A stretch of 63,998 bases of DNA, the filler included. It is 4 parts of 4 records of this genome, joined end to end, with 100 filler letters (N's around TTAATTAATTAA, not from the genome) between each part and the next. Parts side by side here need not be neighbours in the genome. Positions count along the whole stretch, not along the records: positions 33,215 to 58,578 come from SRR20825006_28; positions 58,679 to 63,998 come from SRR20825006_409; 2 more parts are not named here. One strand, 5' to 3'. A program made the translations under genes and the position numbers. The notes under the pieces were generated by a model. It worked only from the letters and a program-made list of their open reading frames with translations. It did not search any database and had not been told where the DNA came from. Positions within the stretch are counted from its first letter, which is position 1, and each line of letters opens with the position of its first letter. Shown here one piece after another: positions 49,481 to 60,286 of this stretch.

Positions 49481-50515
49481 ATGAAAGCAACACTTCTTTG
49501 TTTATTTGGATTATTCTCTGGCTTATCTTTTTCACAACTCGGTGGAACTTCGGCCTTTCCATTTTTAAATCTTCCTTACAATGCTAGATCTGCTGGTTTA
49601 GGAAATGATTTTATTACAGGTTCTGGCGACGATATAAATATGGGAGTTTTAAATCCATCGCTTCTCAATCCTGAAATGCACCATAAAGTGAGCGTAAATC
49701 AATCTTTGCTTGCTGGAGGAGTTAACTTCGGAATGTTTAATTACGGATTCGGACTAAAAGATGGTACGATGGCTGGATACATTAAGTATGTGAGCTACGG
49801 TCAATTTGAAAGAACCGCCGTGAATGGAATCAGCGAAGGAACATTTAGTCCATTTGAAATGATTGCTGGCGCGGGATATGGAAAAGCGTTGAATCCAAGA
49901 ATATCTGTTGGTGCAAATGCAAACATTATTTATTCTCAACTAGAGACGTATAGTTCAATTGGCGCTAGCGTAGATGTTGCAGGAACGTTCGAGAACAAGG
50001 ATAAAGGAATTTTGGTTACTGCCCTAGTGAAAAATTTTGGCTATCAGTTTAGCACTTATAATGCAAACAACAACCGAGCTAACCTCCCTGTCGAGTTTCA
50101 AGTAGCTACAGGATATAAATTAGCCCATGCACCATTTAGAATCACACTTTTGGCGCATCACCTGAACAAATGGGACATTACTTATAACGATCCAAACCTT
50201 AAACCGAGTATTGATCCATTGACCGGAGATTCAATTCCAGTCAACAGACCAGGCTTTGGAGAAAAACTTGCACAGCACTTTACCTATCAAATTGAAGCCT
50301 TATTCACCAAGAACCTTCACTTTCGCGCAGCATTTGATTACCATTTAAGAAAGCAACTTGCATTAGAAAAACGACCTGGAGTTTCTGGTGTATCGTTGGG
50401 GCTTGGACTAAATTTCTCGAAATTCAGCTTAGATTATGGCTTTACGATATACTCACGTGCAGGCTTTAACAATATTTTAACTATCTCCTCCGACCTAACT
50501 AAATGGCGTAAGTAA
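49481..50515 (+). CDS. porQ: Type IX secretion system protein PorQ
   Basis: FLNLPYNARSAGLG, NPSLL, KLAHAPFR; upstream of cmk as usual in Bacteroidota. Confidence 0.8.
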   Translation: MKATLLCLFGLFSGLSFSQLGGTSAFPFLNLPYNARSAGLGNDFITGSGDDINMGVLNPSLLNPEMHHKVSVNQSLLAGGVNFGMFNYGFGLKDGTMAGYIKYVSYGQFERTAVNGISEGTFSPFEMIAGAGYGKALNPRISVGANANIIYSQLETYSSIGASVDVAGTFENKDKGILVTALVKNFGYQFSTYNANNNRANLPVEFQVATGYKLAHAPFRITLLAHHLNKWDITYNDPNLKPSIDPLTGDSIPVNRPGFGEKLAQHFTYQIEALFTKNLHFRAAFDYHLRKQLALEKRPGVSGVSLGLGLNFSKFSLDYGFTIYSRAGFNNILTISSDLTKWRK

Positions 50516-50634
50516 CAACACTTTAAGCGATTTTTTGGGGCTCACTTGTTTTGAACTTATGACTGTTCACTACTTTTTTGAAACCTTTTAAAAAAAGATC
50601 AGTACATTAGTCCAAACCAAAATTTAAAAATTTT

Positions 50635-51474
50635 ATGAAAAAGTCAATTTTAGCGGTTGCGGTAATCCTTGGGTCATCAGCAACATTTGCTCAAGATTTA
50701 ACATCAAAAAAAGGTGAGGCTTATTTACCTGAGGCAGGAGATTGGGCTGTATCTATTGATGCTACTCCATTATTAGGATATGTTCAAGGTATTTTCGGAT
50801 CGAACGGAGGTTCTTCTGCAGGATCATGGTCATTCTTGAATGGAAATAACACTATCACTGGTAAGTACTTCGTTGCAGACGACATGGCTTACAGAGGAGG
50901 AATCAACATCGGATTTGGATCAGTTACTCAAAACGCATATACTGCGAAAGTAGGTTCAACTACAGGAGAACTAGTTACAGACGAAAAAAAGACTTCTACG
51001 AGCCAAATCTTCCTTACAGGAGGTATGGAGTGGCGTAAAGGTTCTACTCGTCTTCAAGGTTATTACGGAGGTGAGCTTGGTCTTGGTTTCGGTGGTGGTC
51101 TTAAGGAAGAGTACACTTTCGGAAATGCTTATGATTTCACTACAAACCCTTCACAAACGCATGCTGTTGATGGATCAACTGACGTTCTTTCAACTTCTCA
51201 AAAAGGTGGAGTTATGTTTGGATTGAGAGGATTCATCGGAGCTGAGTACTTCGTATTGCCTAAAATCGCAATCGGTGGTGAGTTTGGATGGGGACTTGGT
51301 CTTCAAACAACTGGTGAAGGAACAACTACAGTAAAGCAAGTTAACTCTGCTGGTACATCTTTGGAAGACAACGAAGTACAAACTGTTGCTAAAGGTTCTG
51401 CTTTCGGTGTTGGAACTGATACAGGTGGAATGTTCGGACCAACAGGTTCATTAAGAATTTCTTTCCACTTCTAA
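50635..51474 (+). CDS. Outer-membrane beta-barrel protein
   Basis: Signal peptide, Gly/aromatic alternating strands (GFIGAEYF..IGGEFGWG), terminal FHF. Confidence 0.8.
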   Translation: MKKSILAVAVILGSSATFAQDLTSKKGEAYLPEAGDWAVSIDATPLLGYVQGIFGSNGGSSAGSWSFLNGNNTITGKYFVADDMAYRGGINIGFGSVTQNAYTAKVGSTTGELVTDEKKTSTSQIFLTGGMEWRKGSTRLQGYYGGELGLGFGGGLKEEYTFGNAYDFTTNPSQTHAVDGSTDVLSTSQKGGVMFGLRGFIGAEYFVLPKIAIGGEFGWGLGLQTTGEGTTTVKQVNSAGTSLEDNEVQTVAKGSAFGVGTDTGGMFGPTGSLRISFHF

Positions 51475-51499
51475 GAAGAATTAGAAATCTAATATTAAG

Positions 51500-51531
51500 A
51501 AGCGCTTCGAGAAATCGAGGCGCTTTTTTTT
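51500..51531 (+). terminator. Intrinsic terminator
   Basis: AAGCGCTTCGA-GAAA-TCGAGGCGCTT followed by T tract. Confidence 0.88.
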
Positions 51532-51571
51532 GCCCAAAACTTGATTTTTTTCCGTTTATTTGTCTGTGGAT

Positions 51572-52270
51572 ATGTCTGATAAAATCACCATAGCAATAGA
51601 TGGATACTCCTCTTGCGGAAAAAGTACGCTTGCAAGAGATCTCGCTAAATCGTTACATTACGTTTTTATCGACTCGGGAGCAATGTATAGAGGAGTTACA
51701 CTCTTCGCGATACAGAACAATCTCATCAGAAATGGAGAACTTCAAAGACGGAAATTAATTGAGTCTCTCCATTTAATCGAATTAAAGTTTGCCCTTAATC
51801 CAGAAACAAAATCTCCTGAACTCATTTTGAATGGGAAAAACGTTGAAGGTGAAATTCGAACTCCGCTCGTTGCTTCCCATGTTTCAGAAATAGCAACGGT
51901 GAAAGAAGTGAGAGAAAAGTTAGTCTCTGAACAACGCTCTATGGGAGCACATGGAGGTATCGTTATGGATGGCAGAGATATTGGTTCTGTTGTATTTCCC
52001 GATGCAGCCCTTAAATTGTTTGTTACCGCCTCTACTCCAGTCCGCGTAGAACGAAGGTTTCAGGAGCTAAAATTTAAAGGAATTCACACAACGAAAGAAG
52101 ACGTTCAAGCCAACTTGCTCCAACGCGATTATATTGATAGTACCCGCTCTGAGAGTCCGCTGATTCAAACAGATGACGCAATTGTTCTTGACAATACGAA
52201 CTTATCCAGAGAGGAGCAATTGAAGACCGCATTAAAACTTGTGGAGCAAACCTTATCTGAAATTGCCTGA
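51572..52270 (+). CDS. cmk: Cytidylate kinase
   Basis: IAIDGYSSCGKST, DSGAMYR, MDGRDIG, RDYIDSTR. Confidence 0.96.
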   Translation: MSDKITIAIDGYSSCGKSTLARDLAKSLHYVFIDSGAMYRGVTLFAIQNNLIRNGELQRRKLIESLHLIELKFALNPETKSPELILNGKNVEGEIRTPLVASHVSEIATVKEVREKLVSEQRSMGAHGGIVMDGRDIGSVVFPDAALKLFVTASTPVRVERRFQELKFKGIHTTKEDVQANLLQRDYIDSTRSESPLIQTDDAIVLDNTNLSREEQLKTALKLVEQTLSEIA

Positions 52271-52371
52271 TATTAACATATTTTCTTTTTTTGTTAAGTA
52301 CATAACACTAGTGACATTTTTTTCACTATCTTTACCCATTCAAAAACACTACGAGTACTTTTCTACTGCCT

Positions 52372-53034
52372 ATGAGTTCGATAAGCAAAATAACTGAAGA
52401 CATTGTCAACCGCAGCCCGTTTCTAAGAGAAGCGATGACTGAGAATTTGATTAACATATCTTCCCTCGCGAGAAAGATCAAACCTGAAATTGAAAAAACG
52501 ACAGGAAAAGAGGTCAAAGAAGGAGCTATTGTTATGGCTATAAAGCGAATGTCGCCAGGAGTATACCACAAACTCAACATTAGAATCAATAATGTAATTG
52601 GAGGGATTGGAGACTTCTTAGTCCGCAGTGACCTAGTTGATTTTACTTTTGAAAACTCGGAATCTATTCGAATTGCTCAAAGTCAACTTATTCAGTTTTT
52701 GAAAGATGATAACGATAGTTTCTTTACGCTTTGTAAAGGAATCACGGAAACAACATACATCTTAAATACAAAGTACACTGAAGACATTCGACGTATTTTC
52801 GCTTCGGAGAATTTAAAATCGCACAATAAAGATTTGTCGTCTATAACGGTAAAACTGCCGGAAACAAACACGGAAACATACGGAGTGTACTACTACATTC
52901 TTAAGCACTTGGCTTGGGAAGGAATCAACATTGAGCAAGTTGTATCAACTTCCAATGAGTTCACTGCAATTGTAAATTCTGACGATATTGATGATGCATT
53001 TAAAATCTTAATGCAACTAAAGAGAGCGACCTAA
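52372..53034 (+). CDS. ACT-like domain protein lacking a kinase domain
   Basis: N-terminal INISSLAR..AIVMAIKR helical domain; C-terminal LAWEGINIEQVVST ACT-like strand pattern. Confidence 0.7.
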   Translation: MSSISKITEDIVNRSPFLREAMTENLINISSLARKIKPEIEKTTGKEVKEGAIVMAIKRMSPGVYHKLNIRINNVIGGIGDFLVRSDLVDFTFENSESIRIAQSQLIQFLKDDNDSFFTLCKGITETTYILNTKYTEDIRRIFASENLKSHNKDLSSITVKLPETNTETYGVYYYILKHLAWEGINIEQVVSTSNEFTAIVNSDDIDDAFKILMQLKRAT

Positions 53035-53228
53035 GCCGCGCTTTCCGATTTACATTGATCTTCTGGTCGAGCTCCGCACAAACCGCATGTTGCTCCTTCT
53101 TCTCTTAAAAGTGGATTGTTACTTGCGCACGTACCTGCGAATTCTCCACCTTTCTTTGCCCAAATTTTGATAGCTATACCTCCGAAGGCAAGCGCTAATA
53201 AACCAATTGAAACCAGGATTAATGCCAT
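53031..53228 (-). CDS. Small single-TM Cys-rich protein (NqrM-like layout)
   Basis: TM helix, then GTCAS...CGLCG...C. Confidence 0.7.
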   Translation of the reverse strand: MALILVSIGLLALAFGGIAIKIWAKKGGEFAGTCASNNPLLREEGATCGLCGARPEDQCKSESAA

Positions 53229-53251
53229 TTGAATTGTTTTTTACAAAGGTA

Positions 53252-53995
53252 TTAATTTTTGTTCACCAATTCGCCCGTACCGTAACGATTATATTCAATC
53301 GTAGACGGAATTCCGACATACCAAATATCACCGTTTGATGAGATCTCTGCTCTGAGAGGAATATTATTCGCCCTAATCTTCATTAACTCAGAAGAGTTCG
53401 AAACAATGTTTAAAGAATCACTCACTTGAATATTACTAGCATCTCCGAACGAATTTCCTCGCATTTCGACCTTTAAATAGTCTGATTTTCCAGACAATTC
53501 AAAATTTCCCCATTTGTCACATACAACGTTAATGAATTTACTTTCCATGTTCAGTTTGAATGTTCCCGAAGATTCGAGCGCAACAACCGTAAAATAAGCC
53601 GACTTGATTTCATTTTTGCAGATTAAATCGCGAGTTCCTCTAAATCTCATATTATAAATGCCCTTAAAATGAACTTCGACGGTTACTTCTTTTTTGTAAC
53701 TCCGTAAAAAACTACACGTGTTTCTGTTTTCTATTAAAAGTAAATCGTTGTCCACAATATCCAGCGCAATCATACTGATTAAATGCCGCCCTCCAGAAAT
53801 CACCACTTTATTTACCGAATCTTGCACGAGCACAAAATTGATTCTCGGTCCTAAATCCAATCTTCCAAAACTCTCCAATGGAATTTCCAATGTTGCATCA
53901 TCTCCAGCGGTTTTAAAACACCTTCTATCCTCTGGTTTTTTACAAGAGATCAATACAAAAAGTATTATGCTAATATGAAAAATCGCATTTCTCAT
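53252..53995 (-). CDS. DUF2807/GIN-domain lipoprotein
   Basis: Lipobox LISC, repeated beta-helix-like motifs, GDIWYVG terminus. Confidence 0.7.
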   Translation of the reverse strand: MRNAIFHISIILFVLISCKKPEDRRCFKTAGDDATLEIPLESFGRLDLGPRINFVLVQDSVNKVVISGGRHLISMIALDIVDNDLLLIENRNTCSFLRSYKKEVTVEVHFKGIYNMRFRGTRDLICKNEIKSAYFTVVALESSGTFKLNMESKFINVVCDKWGNFELSGKSDYLKVEMRGNSFGDASNIQVSDSLNIVSNSSELMKIRANNIPLRAEISSNGDIWYVGIPSTIEYNRYGTGELVNKN

Positions 53996-55068
53996 CTCTT
54001 GAACGAATAACCAATTCCGTACTCAATATAATCCGCTCTCCCCCAATGTGATTTCAGCACAAGATTGGCGTTTATTCCATTATCAAAAACATATCTCAAG
54101 CCAACTCGATGATATAGAAAATCTTCCGGCTTATACTTATCTCTAACGTAAACGCCCATTCCAACAACCATGTGAAGATGATCAAGTGGAATTAAATATC
54201 CAGCAAACACTCCCATCTGAATAATTTCCTTTTGCGTTTTCGGAACTTCCGTTTGATATGCAAAAATGGACTGCTTTGAAACTATATCAAATGCTAATTC
54301 TACTCCTCGTTTTCGTTCATTGAAATATCTTCTTCCAAAAAAACTTAAACCAACAACAGCGTATCGCTTCCCTCCTACTGGAAACACTTCCTTTGAAGAA
54401 CCAATTAACGTAACACCATATTCCCTAGAATGCGTCCCCAATCCAGCCACTGGACAATCCACACAGTAATTTGACTCTTGAATTTTATGAGCATACCCAA
54501 GACTAACGAAAGGTAAATTCAATCCTAAATTGGGAACTTTCGTCGCTCCATTAGAAAAATGAGTCATGTCTATCCCCAGTGAAACCGAGTGATTCCCAAA
54601 CTGAAAACGATTGTCGAGGGCAAATTGAACGAAAGCATTAAAATGAGTGGAAAGCGCATTGCTGAGAATATTCTCTTCAGAATCATAAACTTTCGTGGCA
54701 TAGCTTATCCCAGTTCCAATTTTGAAAGACAGTTCATACGGTTTTTGTTTAATTAACGGAAGATTCACAAAACCAATTCCTCCGAGATAGTATCCCAACT
54801 GCTCTCTATTTCCTGCCGTTCCGAAAAACGCCGTATAACCATAAAGAGGATTTCTTCTTCGATTGTGCCAAGTTCGCTCGCCTTTTCCACGCATCATATA
54901 GGTGAACTCGCTGGCGAATGCGTGTTCCGTTGGAAGATGTCCAATTGATCCTCGGTGCGCTGCTAAAAAGCCTATTTTCCCTCTTGCTTCAACCCATACC
55001 TCTCTCTCCAATTGCGCGTGAGCTGCAACAAACTGAGTAGTAAAGAATAAAGCGAGCAAAAATCTCAT
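53992..55068 (-). CDS. Acyloxyacyl hydrolase / PagL-like outer-membrane protein
   Basis: HFSNG..PNLGLN catalytic-like motif, beta-barrel pattern. Confidence 0.75.
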   Translation of the reverse strand: MRFLLALFFTTQFVAAHAQLEREVWVEARGKIGFLAAHRGSIGHLPTEHAFASEFTYMMRGKGERTWHNRRRNPLYGYTAFFGTAGNREQLGYYLGGIGFVNLPLIKQKPYELSFKIGTGISYATKVYDSEENILSNALSTHFNAFVQFALDNRFQFGNHSVSLGIDMTHFSNGATKVPNLGLNLPFVSLGYAHKIQESNYCVDCPVAGLGTHSREYGVTLIGSSKEVFPVGGKRYAVVGLSFFGRRYFNERKRGVELAFDIVSKQSIFAYQTEVPKTQKEIIQMGVFAGYLIPLDHLHMVVGMGVYVRDKYKPEDFLYHRVGLRYVFDNGINANLVLKSHWGRADYIEYGIGYSFKR

Positions 55069-55130
55069 GGCGACAAATTTACAAATAACATTTCCTCTAC
55101 CACAAGATTAATCTTAATTTTGGAGTTACG

Positions 55131-55916
55131 ATGAAAGACGAGCGATTACAAGCATTTGAGCGACTATTAAATATCATGGACGACCTGAGAGAGAAATGTC
55201 CTTGGGATAAAAAGCAAACGTTAGAATCCCTCCGTCATCTCACAATCGAAGAAACGTATGAGCTAGCCGATGCCATTCTTGAAAATGATATGGAATCGTT
55301 AAAAGGCGAAATTGGCGATTTATTTCTGCACATGGTTTTTTACTGTAAAATCGGCTCAGAAAAGAAAGCTTTCACCGTAACAGATGTTTTAAATGCAATC
55401 TGTGATAAACTCGTTTACCGTCACCCACATATTTATAGCGATACAGTTGCCGACACGGAGGAAGAAGTAAAAGCGAATTGGGAAAAACTCAAACTTAAAG
55501 AAGGGAAAACGTCCGTTCTTCAAGGCGTTCCAGCTTCTCTCCCAGCAATGGTTAAGGCTTCGCGAATCCAAGAAAAAGTGAAGGGTGTTGGTTTCGAATG
55601 GGAACACCGTGAAGACGTTTGGGCCAAAGTAAAAGAAGAACTCAGTGAACTTCATGAAGAGGTTGAATCTGGTGCTTCGACGCAGCGCATTGAAGACGAA
55701 TTTGGCGATGTGCTATTCTCTTTGGTAAACTACGCACGATTTATAGGTGTTAATCCTGAAAATGCCCTTGCTAAGACCAATACAAAATTCATCACGCGAT
55801 TTTCAGCAATGGAAACTCTCTTGAAATCAGACAAGTACGAAATTGGAGAAACATCCCTAGAAATAATGGATATTTATTGGGAAAAGGCCAAATCTTTAGA
55901 ACCAACCAAAGAGTAA
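55131..55916 (+). CDS. mazG: Nucleoside triphosphate pyrophosphohydrolase
   Basis: CPWDKKQT, EETYEL, RHPHIY, EFGDVLF. Confidence 0.96.
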   Translation: MKDERLQAFERLLNIMDDLREKCPWDKKQTLESLRHLTIEETYELADAILENDMESLKGEIGDLFLHMVFYCKIGSEKKAFTVTDVLNAICDKLVYRHPHIYSDTVADTEEEVKANWEKLKLKEGKTSVLQGVPASLPAMVKASRIQEKVKGVGFEWEHREDVWAKVKEELSELHEEVESGASTQRIEDEFGDVLFSLVNYARFIGVNPENALAKTNTKFITRFSAMETLLKSDKYEIGETSLEIMDIYWEKAKSLEPTKE

Positions 55917-56048
55917 CTAGTGATTTCCCATGGGAATCAAACCATTAACTCAATAATATTGACCGTTTAAATTGTTTCCATAAAAATCTGAACTACTTTA
56001 TCTATCAATATCGTATCTTCGTTGTTTGAATAAACCTTGGATTACCTT

Positions 56049-58397
56049 ATGAAACTCTTTTACACTCTTCTTTTTTCCGTAGTTTTTAGTTCCATCTCAT
56101 TTTCTCAAGAAAATACTATTCGTGGATTTCTTTATGATAAATCGAATGGGGAGCCTTTAGCTTTTGAAAAAGTGCGCCTTCTGAATTTAGACAGTACTAC
56201 ACTTTCAGGTGCAAGTACCGATGTTAACGGATTCTTCCAACTATCGAAAATAAACAAAGGTAAATACATCATTAAGGTTGAGACGGCTTTTTATACAACG
56301 ATCTTCGAAACCATTGAGCTTACGAGAAGTGAGCAAATCATAAACCTGAACTACGAACTCGAAAAACCACAGAATATCCAAGATTTGGGTGAGGTTGTCG
56401 TAACTTCCGAAACCAAACGAAAGAAAAACGAGGTCTTAATTTCGGAATTGAAGTTAGACAAGAAAGGATTGGAGAGAATTCCTGCCGTTGGAGCTGAAAA
56501 TGACATCGTTGGTGCGCTAAGCGTTACGCCAGGGATTACAACAACAGGTGACCAAGGAGGACAATTGTACGTTCGTGGAGGAACACCTATTCAAAATAAA
56601 ATTTTGTTAGACGGGATGACAATTTACAGTCCATTCCACTCTATCGGATTTTTCTCAGTATTTGAAACAGAACTAATTCAAAATGCGACGGTACTCACTG
56701 GAGGTTTTGATGCAGAATACGGTGGAAGAATTTCTTCCGTAATGGACATTACATATCGCGATGGAAACAGAAAAGAGTTTGGAGGTAAAGTTTCGGTATC
56801 ACCTTTCCTTGCAAAAGCAGTATTAGAAGGTCCATTAGGAAAACCGAAAGACGGTTCAGCGAGTAACGGTTCTTATATTTTCTCGGCAAAACACAGTTTA
56901 CTTGATTACACCTCAAAATCACTTTATCCACGAATCAGCACGATTAATGGTGGTGAAGGAATGCCTTTTAACTTTACTGACATTTACGGAAAAGTAACTT
57001 TTAAAGGAGACGGTGGATCTAAATTCAGTGCTTTCGGATTCCACAACAGAGATAGTGTTAACTACACAATCGCGGATTTGGATTGGAAATCATCGGGTGG
57101 AGGAATCAACTTTGTACTTGTACCAAGTAGCTCACCTATTTTCATCCGAGGTCACGTAAACGGTAGTTCGTATGAAACAACGTTCAATGAATCAGGATCT
57201 GCAGCTAGAATAAGCTCTATCGGTGGATTTGATCTAGGATTTGATTTCACGTACTTCCTCTCAAATGAAGGTGAATTTAACTACGGAATTAACTTGGGAG
57301 GATTCAACACGAACTTTGTTACCTATAACGAAGTTGGAAGAAAAATCGAAGCCAAAAATTTCACCACAGAAATTGGATCATATTTCAACTATCGCTTGGT
57401 GACGACTCGTTGGGTAGTTCAACCGAGTATCCGTGTTCAAGTATATGCTTCCTTGGCGACTATTTCTCCAGAGCCACGACTTGGAATTAAATTCAATGCG
57501 ACAGAGAAATTCAGATTAAAAGCTTCTGGAGGTAGATATTCTCAAAACTTCACATCAGCTTCTTCAGACAAAGACATCGTGAATCTATTCAACGGCCTTT
57601 TATCTGCTCCAAGCAACGTTCAGGAAACATTTATCACAGAGTTTCAAAACGAAAAGAACCCAAAAAATGGACTTCAATACGCGTGGCACGCAATTGTTGG
57701 AGCGGAATATGATTTAACAAAATCACTTTCGTTGAACGTTGAAGGTTATTACAAATACTTCTCACAATTAAGTAACATCAATCAAAACAAACTTTATGAA
57801 GATGTTTCGGCGTTCTCTGCCATTGATGATGTATTCAAGAAAGACTTTATACTAGAAACTGGAACATCGGTAGGAATTGATTTCTTAGCGAAATATTCTA
57901 CTCCACGACTCTTCGTTTGGGCAGTTTACTCGCTTGGTAAATCAACGCGTTGGGACGGATTCGAATTCTACGCTCCTGTATTTGACAGAAGACACAATGT
58001 GAATCTTGTTGGAACCTATCTTTTTGGAAAGAAAAAAGACTTAGAAGTGAGTGTTCGTTGGAACCTTGGTTCAGGACTTCCATTCACCCCTACTTCAGGG
58101 TTTTATGCTCAAGAGGACTTCTCAGGAGGTGTAACAACAGATTACACAACTACTAATCCATCTTCGGTAAGTACGTTGCTTGGTTCATTTAACAGCGCAC
58201 GACTTCCGGTTTATCACCGATTAGACTTTACAGTTAAAAAACGATTCATCTTCAAAAATAAAACAGAAATGGAACTTATCGGATCTGTAACAAATGTATA
58301 TGACAGACGAAATATATTCTACGTCAATAGAATTACAGGAGAACAAATTGATCAATTCCCAATTTTACCAAGTATGGGGTTGAGCTATAAGTTCTAG
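56049..58397 (+). CDS. TonB-dependent receptor with N-terminal carboxypeptidase-regulatory-like domain
   Basis: Signal peptide, LYVRGG plug, YGGRISSV, YHRLD, terminal YKF. Confidence 0.9.
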   Translation: MKLFYTLLFSVVFSSISFSQENTIRGFLYDKSNGEPLAFEKVRLLNLDSTTLSGASTDVNGFFQLSKINKGKYIIKVETAFYTTIFETIELTRSEQIINLNYELEKPQNIQDLGEVVVTSETKRKKNEVLISELKLDKKGLERIPAVGAENDIVGALSVTPGITTTGDQGGQLYVRGGTPIQNKILLDGMTIYSPFHSIGFFSVFETELIQNATVLTGGFDAEYGGRISSVMDITYRDGNRKEFGGKVSVSPFLAKAVLEGPLGKPKDGSASNGSYIFSAKHSLLDYTSKSLYPRISTINGGEGMPFNFTDIYGKVTFKGDGGSKFSAFGFHNRDSVNYTIADLDWKSSGGGINFVLVPSSSPIFIRGHVNGSSYETTFNESGSAARISSIGGFDLGFDFTYFLSNEGEFNYGINLGGFNTNFVTYNEVGRKIEAKNFTTEIGSYFNYRLVTTRWVVQPSIRVQVYASLATISPEPRLGIKFNATEKFRLKASGGRYSQNFTSASSDKDIVNLFNGLLSAPSNVQETFITEFQNEKNPKNGLQYAWHAIVGAEYDLTKSLSLNVEGYYKYFSQLSNINQNKLYEDVSAFSAIDDVFKKDFILETGTSVGIDFLAKYSTPRLFVWAVYSLGKSTRWDGFEFYAPVFDRRHNVNLVGTYLFGKKKDLEVSVRWNLGSGLPFTPTSGFYAQEDFSGGVTTDYTTTNPSSVSTLLGSFNSARLPVYHRLDFTVKKRFIFKNKTEMELIGSVTNVYDRRNIFYVNRITGEQIDQFPILPSMGLSYKF

Positions 58398-58422
58398 GAT
58401 AGAAAATCTTAAAAAAAAATGG

Positions 58423-58452
58423 AAGGTGCGATTTACAAATCGCACCTTTTTT
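58423..58452 (+). terminator. Intrinsic terminator
   Basis: AAGGTGCGATTT-AC-AAATCGCACCTT followed by T tract. Confidence 0.85.
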
Positions 58453-58578
58453 ATTTCAAAAATAATTGAGAATTAATATTGTTCTACAAGTCGCTGGTTC
58501 TAAACGATTTTTTAGAATTACAGTTTTCTGAGCATCTACTTTTTTGTGCTAAACCGTTTTGATGTCATTATTTTTTAT

Positions 58579-58678
58579 NNNNNNNNNNNNNNNNNNNNNN
58601 NNNNNNNNNNNNNNNNNNNNNNTTAATTAATTAANNNNNNNNNNNNNNNNNNNNNNNNNNNNNNNNNNNNNNNNNNNN
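58579..58678. other. Artificial contig linker
   Basis: N-run + TTAATTAATTAA + N-run. Confidence 0.99.
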
Positions 58679-59239
<561 letters not shown>

Positions 59240-60196
59240 CTAGAGCGCAAGTTTTCCGTTGCCCAGCAGCCAGGACACCGATTCCTGCACGGCGGCCAGC
59301 GAGGTGTAGCGTGGCGCATAACCCAGCAGACGACGGCCCTTTTCAATGCTGGCATTTGGGCTGCGTGCGACATGCTCCCAGGTGGCGGCGGCGTTCTCCG
59401 GCGTTTGCATGGCCTTCCAGTCGTCCCAGGAATGGAAACTCACTGCTGGTTCCTTGCCGAACCAGCGATACATGGCCTCTGCATAGCCCCGGAGTGTGAC
59501 GGCGCCGGGCGATACGGCATGAAAGGCTTCCCCGACCGAGACACTCCAATTGGCCATGGCCAGCATGAGGAGGATCGCAATGTCATCGGCATGGATATGA
59601 TGCACCGTTTCCATGCCGAAATTGGGCAGGGCCAGGGTTTCGCCGCGGGCAATGGTTTGGAAAGCGGCATTGTCGAAGTGGCCGGCGGGATTGAGCGGCG
59701 ACCAGCCCTGCCCGACAATGTGGCCCGGATGGATAATGGTCACCGGAAAATCGTCGCGCCGCGCCAGGCCGAGCAGATAGTCCTCAATGGCCGCCTTCTG
59801 AACACCATAGTCGCCGAAGGGGCGCTTGGTGACGTCTTCGGGTGTCGGGACCACTTCGGAAAATCCGTGGGTCCAGATCGTGCCGATATGGAGGAAATGG
59901 CGCACCTTCCCGATGAGCGTCTCGGCGAGTTGCTGGGCGCTCTCCAGCGTGAAGCAGATATTGTCGATGACGATATCGCCCTTGAGATCGGCGATCGCCC
60001 GGCCGAAATCTCCATTTGCCTCGGCAGCGGCGCGGTCGATGGTGACACGCTCTACTTGGTTCCAGGCCGTGTCCGGGAGGTAAGGTTGCGCGGCGCCGCG
60101 CGAAACCGCCACCACGTCATGGCCCGCGCGCACCAGGCGGGGCACCAGATATGTGCCGATATGGCCCGTGGCTCCAATAATAACAATGCGCGCCAT
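59240..60196 (-). CDS. NAD-dependent epimerase/dehydratase family protein
   Basis: GATGHIG, YGVQK (YxxxK); GAGGGG RBS. Confidence 0.9.
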   Translation of the reverse strand: MARIVIIGATGHIGTYLVPRLVRAGHDVVAVSRGAAQPYLPDTAWNQVERVTIDRAAAEANGDFGRAIADLKGDIVIDNICFTLESAQQLAETLIGKVRHFLHIGTIWTHGFSEVVPTPEDVTKRPFGDYGVQKAAIEDYLLGLARRDDFPVTIIHPGHIVGQGWSPLNPAGHFDNAAFQTIARGETLALPNFGMETVHHIHADDIAILLMLAMANWSVSVGEAFHAVSPGAVTLRGYAEAMYRWFGKEPAVSFHSWDDWKAMQTPENAAATWEHVARSPNASIEKGRRLLGYAPRYTSLAAVQESVSWLLGNGKLAL

Positions 60197-60286
60197 TTTT
60201 GACCCCTCCCCGCTGGTCTGCGTGTTCTTCCTGTCCTAACATGTCAGCGCGAACTGTCCAGTTCGCTCGTTCCGGAGGAGAGACCC

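Noticed and set aside
55928..55944. Palindrome TCCCATGGGA after mazG
   Set aside because: Short, no T tract or second copy; cannot assign a function
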